DNA from: Paramicrosporidium saccamoebae KSL3
Lineage: Eukaryota > Fungi > Cryptomycota
NCBI GenBank assembly: GCA_002794465.1
Contig: MTSL01000086.1
Span: forward strand, 1-20,010
Length of the DNA: 20,010 bases
Direction of reading: 5' to 3'
Position numbers and translations under genes: made by a program
Notes under the pieces: generated by a model
The model's database searches: none
Told to the model about the DNA's origin: nothing
What the model saw: only the letters and a program-made list of their open reading frames with translations
In this document: positions 19,041 through 20,010 of the stretch, one piece after another
Layout of the letters: each line of letters opens with the position of its first letter
Numbering within the stretch: the first letter of the stretch is position 1

Positions 19041-19432
19041 ACGGACATCCAGGAGTAGCTTGTATCAATTTACTGTCCAATAGCCGTCACTCCTGAGGAG
19101 GAGGATGTGTTAGTGCTATTTTTAGAATATGCCAAGAAGGCATCAATTGGATGCATTAGCCAACTCTGGCCTACTCAAAAGGCACATTAGCTATTGATTT
19201 TGTAAAAAATATCCAAAAGCCTCTCGAGAGGAAAAATTCTTTCGGCAATTACTGCTGATGCTCTTATAACTAATAAAAATAGTCGATCTGCCAATTAACC
19301 GCTTCACACAAAATCCCTTCTGGGTGAGCAGTTTCATGATGGCTGGACACAGATAGCGAAACTGTAAAGAAACAAATAATGGCCGACTCTTATCATGCAA
19401 TAGTTCGAGAGCGCGTCAAACTCCGACTTTGA

Positions 19433-19521
19433 CCAATCACGTACATGAAAACATAATTTAGCTCTTTTGGGTCGACTCTTTTTTGCCTATAAATACCGCA
19501 GCGGATGCGAGTCGACAGCAA
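19433..19521 (+). promoter_or_regulatory. Family B promoter, cassette 4: CCAAT (19433) and TATAAATA (19488)
   Basis: Same 55/36-nt spacing. gtcgactc (19471-19478) and gagtcgac (19509-19516) form an inverted pair around the TATA. Confidence 0.65.
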
Positions 19522-19523
19522 AC

Positions 19524-20010
19524 ATGAACATCGTCGCGCAAGTATTCGGTGCTATTGTCGCCAGCTTTGCCATTGTCCACGTTGCGACCAAAGACTCCCA
19601 GTCTTTGGAAGGTACTTACCGGGGCTTTCACATTGTAGGTTTGCTGGCCTACTCCCTGGCGGGGTACCTCGGAACCATCGCCGCCCTCGATGCCTCCTGG
19701 TGGGCTTTCCTCGCTGGTCTTGGACCAGTTGCCATCGCGACTTCAGTACTATTAGTGCGCTGCAAGTACCGCCACCGTGCCCTTCTCAAGGCGGCTGAGC
19801 GTTATCTCGCTTTATCTCCCTGTGGCACTCTGACGGAGGGCATAGCTTGTAATGAGGCTGTCTCTATTGCCCTCCGGCAGTATGGACTCACGGATGCCTC
19901 ATCCGCTTCAGTTTCGGCACCCTGCAAAGGGCGTTTGCTGCCACCAGTCTGCGTCTCGGCCGTTGGCTGAGCTATGCGGAGTTCCGTGCGGAGTGCACTT
20001 CCTCAAGTGC
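19524..20010 (+). pseudogene. Family B copy (cassette 4) with a 7-bp frameshifting deletion; runs off the window
   Basis: About 83% identical to intact B over the first 126 aa (22 differences by manual count). ccgtctc is missing between 19900 and 19901, giving a stop at 19968-19970, and the DNA beyond stays near-identical to intact B. Confidence 0.75.

Noticed and set aside
12677-19067. TGA at a Trp position (12677) and at an Arg position (19065) suggesting stop-codon reassignment
   Set aside because: Conserved genes here use TGG for Trp, and the two TGAs replace different residues in damaged or ambiguous regions, so ordinary nonsense mutations suffice.
11150-20010. The repeated cassettes as transposable elements
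   Set aside because: I saw no transposase, reverse transcriptase or integrase motifs, and no terminal repeats or target-site duplications at cassette boundaries.

Overview
This is compact eukaryotic genomic DNA, not prokaryotic. It has 29-40 nt spliceosomal introns and intergenic gaps as small as 49-105 bp. The gene set is fungal-type, and I infer an early-diverging fungus or Rozellomycota/microsporidia-like parasite, which the sequence alone does not prove. The left half (1-11.0 kb) holds VMA9, a GT61 + O-fucosyltransferase-type two-domain glycosyltransferase, an intronless bacterial-type PTP-like phytase with a likely signal peptide, two tandem PLAC8 genes, TRM112, a Pho87/90/91-type transporter without an SPX domain, ATP-dependent PEPCK and BET5. 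The right half (11.1-20.0 kb) is a tandem array of four head-to-head cassettes of two membrane-protein families I do not recognise: family A (minus strand, about 4 TM) and family B (plus strand, about 3 TM plus a soluble region with two CxxC motifs). Three of four A copies have intact ORFs but only one of four B copies does. The B promoters share a CCAAT-(55-56 nt)-TATA-(36 nt)-ATG layout, and one intron is precisely present in two B copies and absent in the other two. All splicing, alignments and counts were done by eye.
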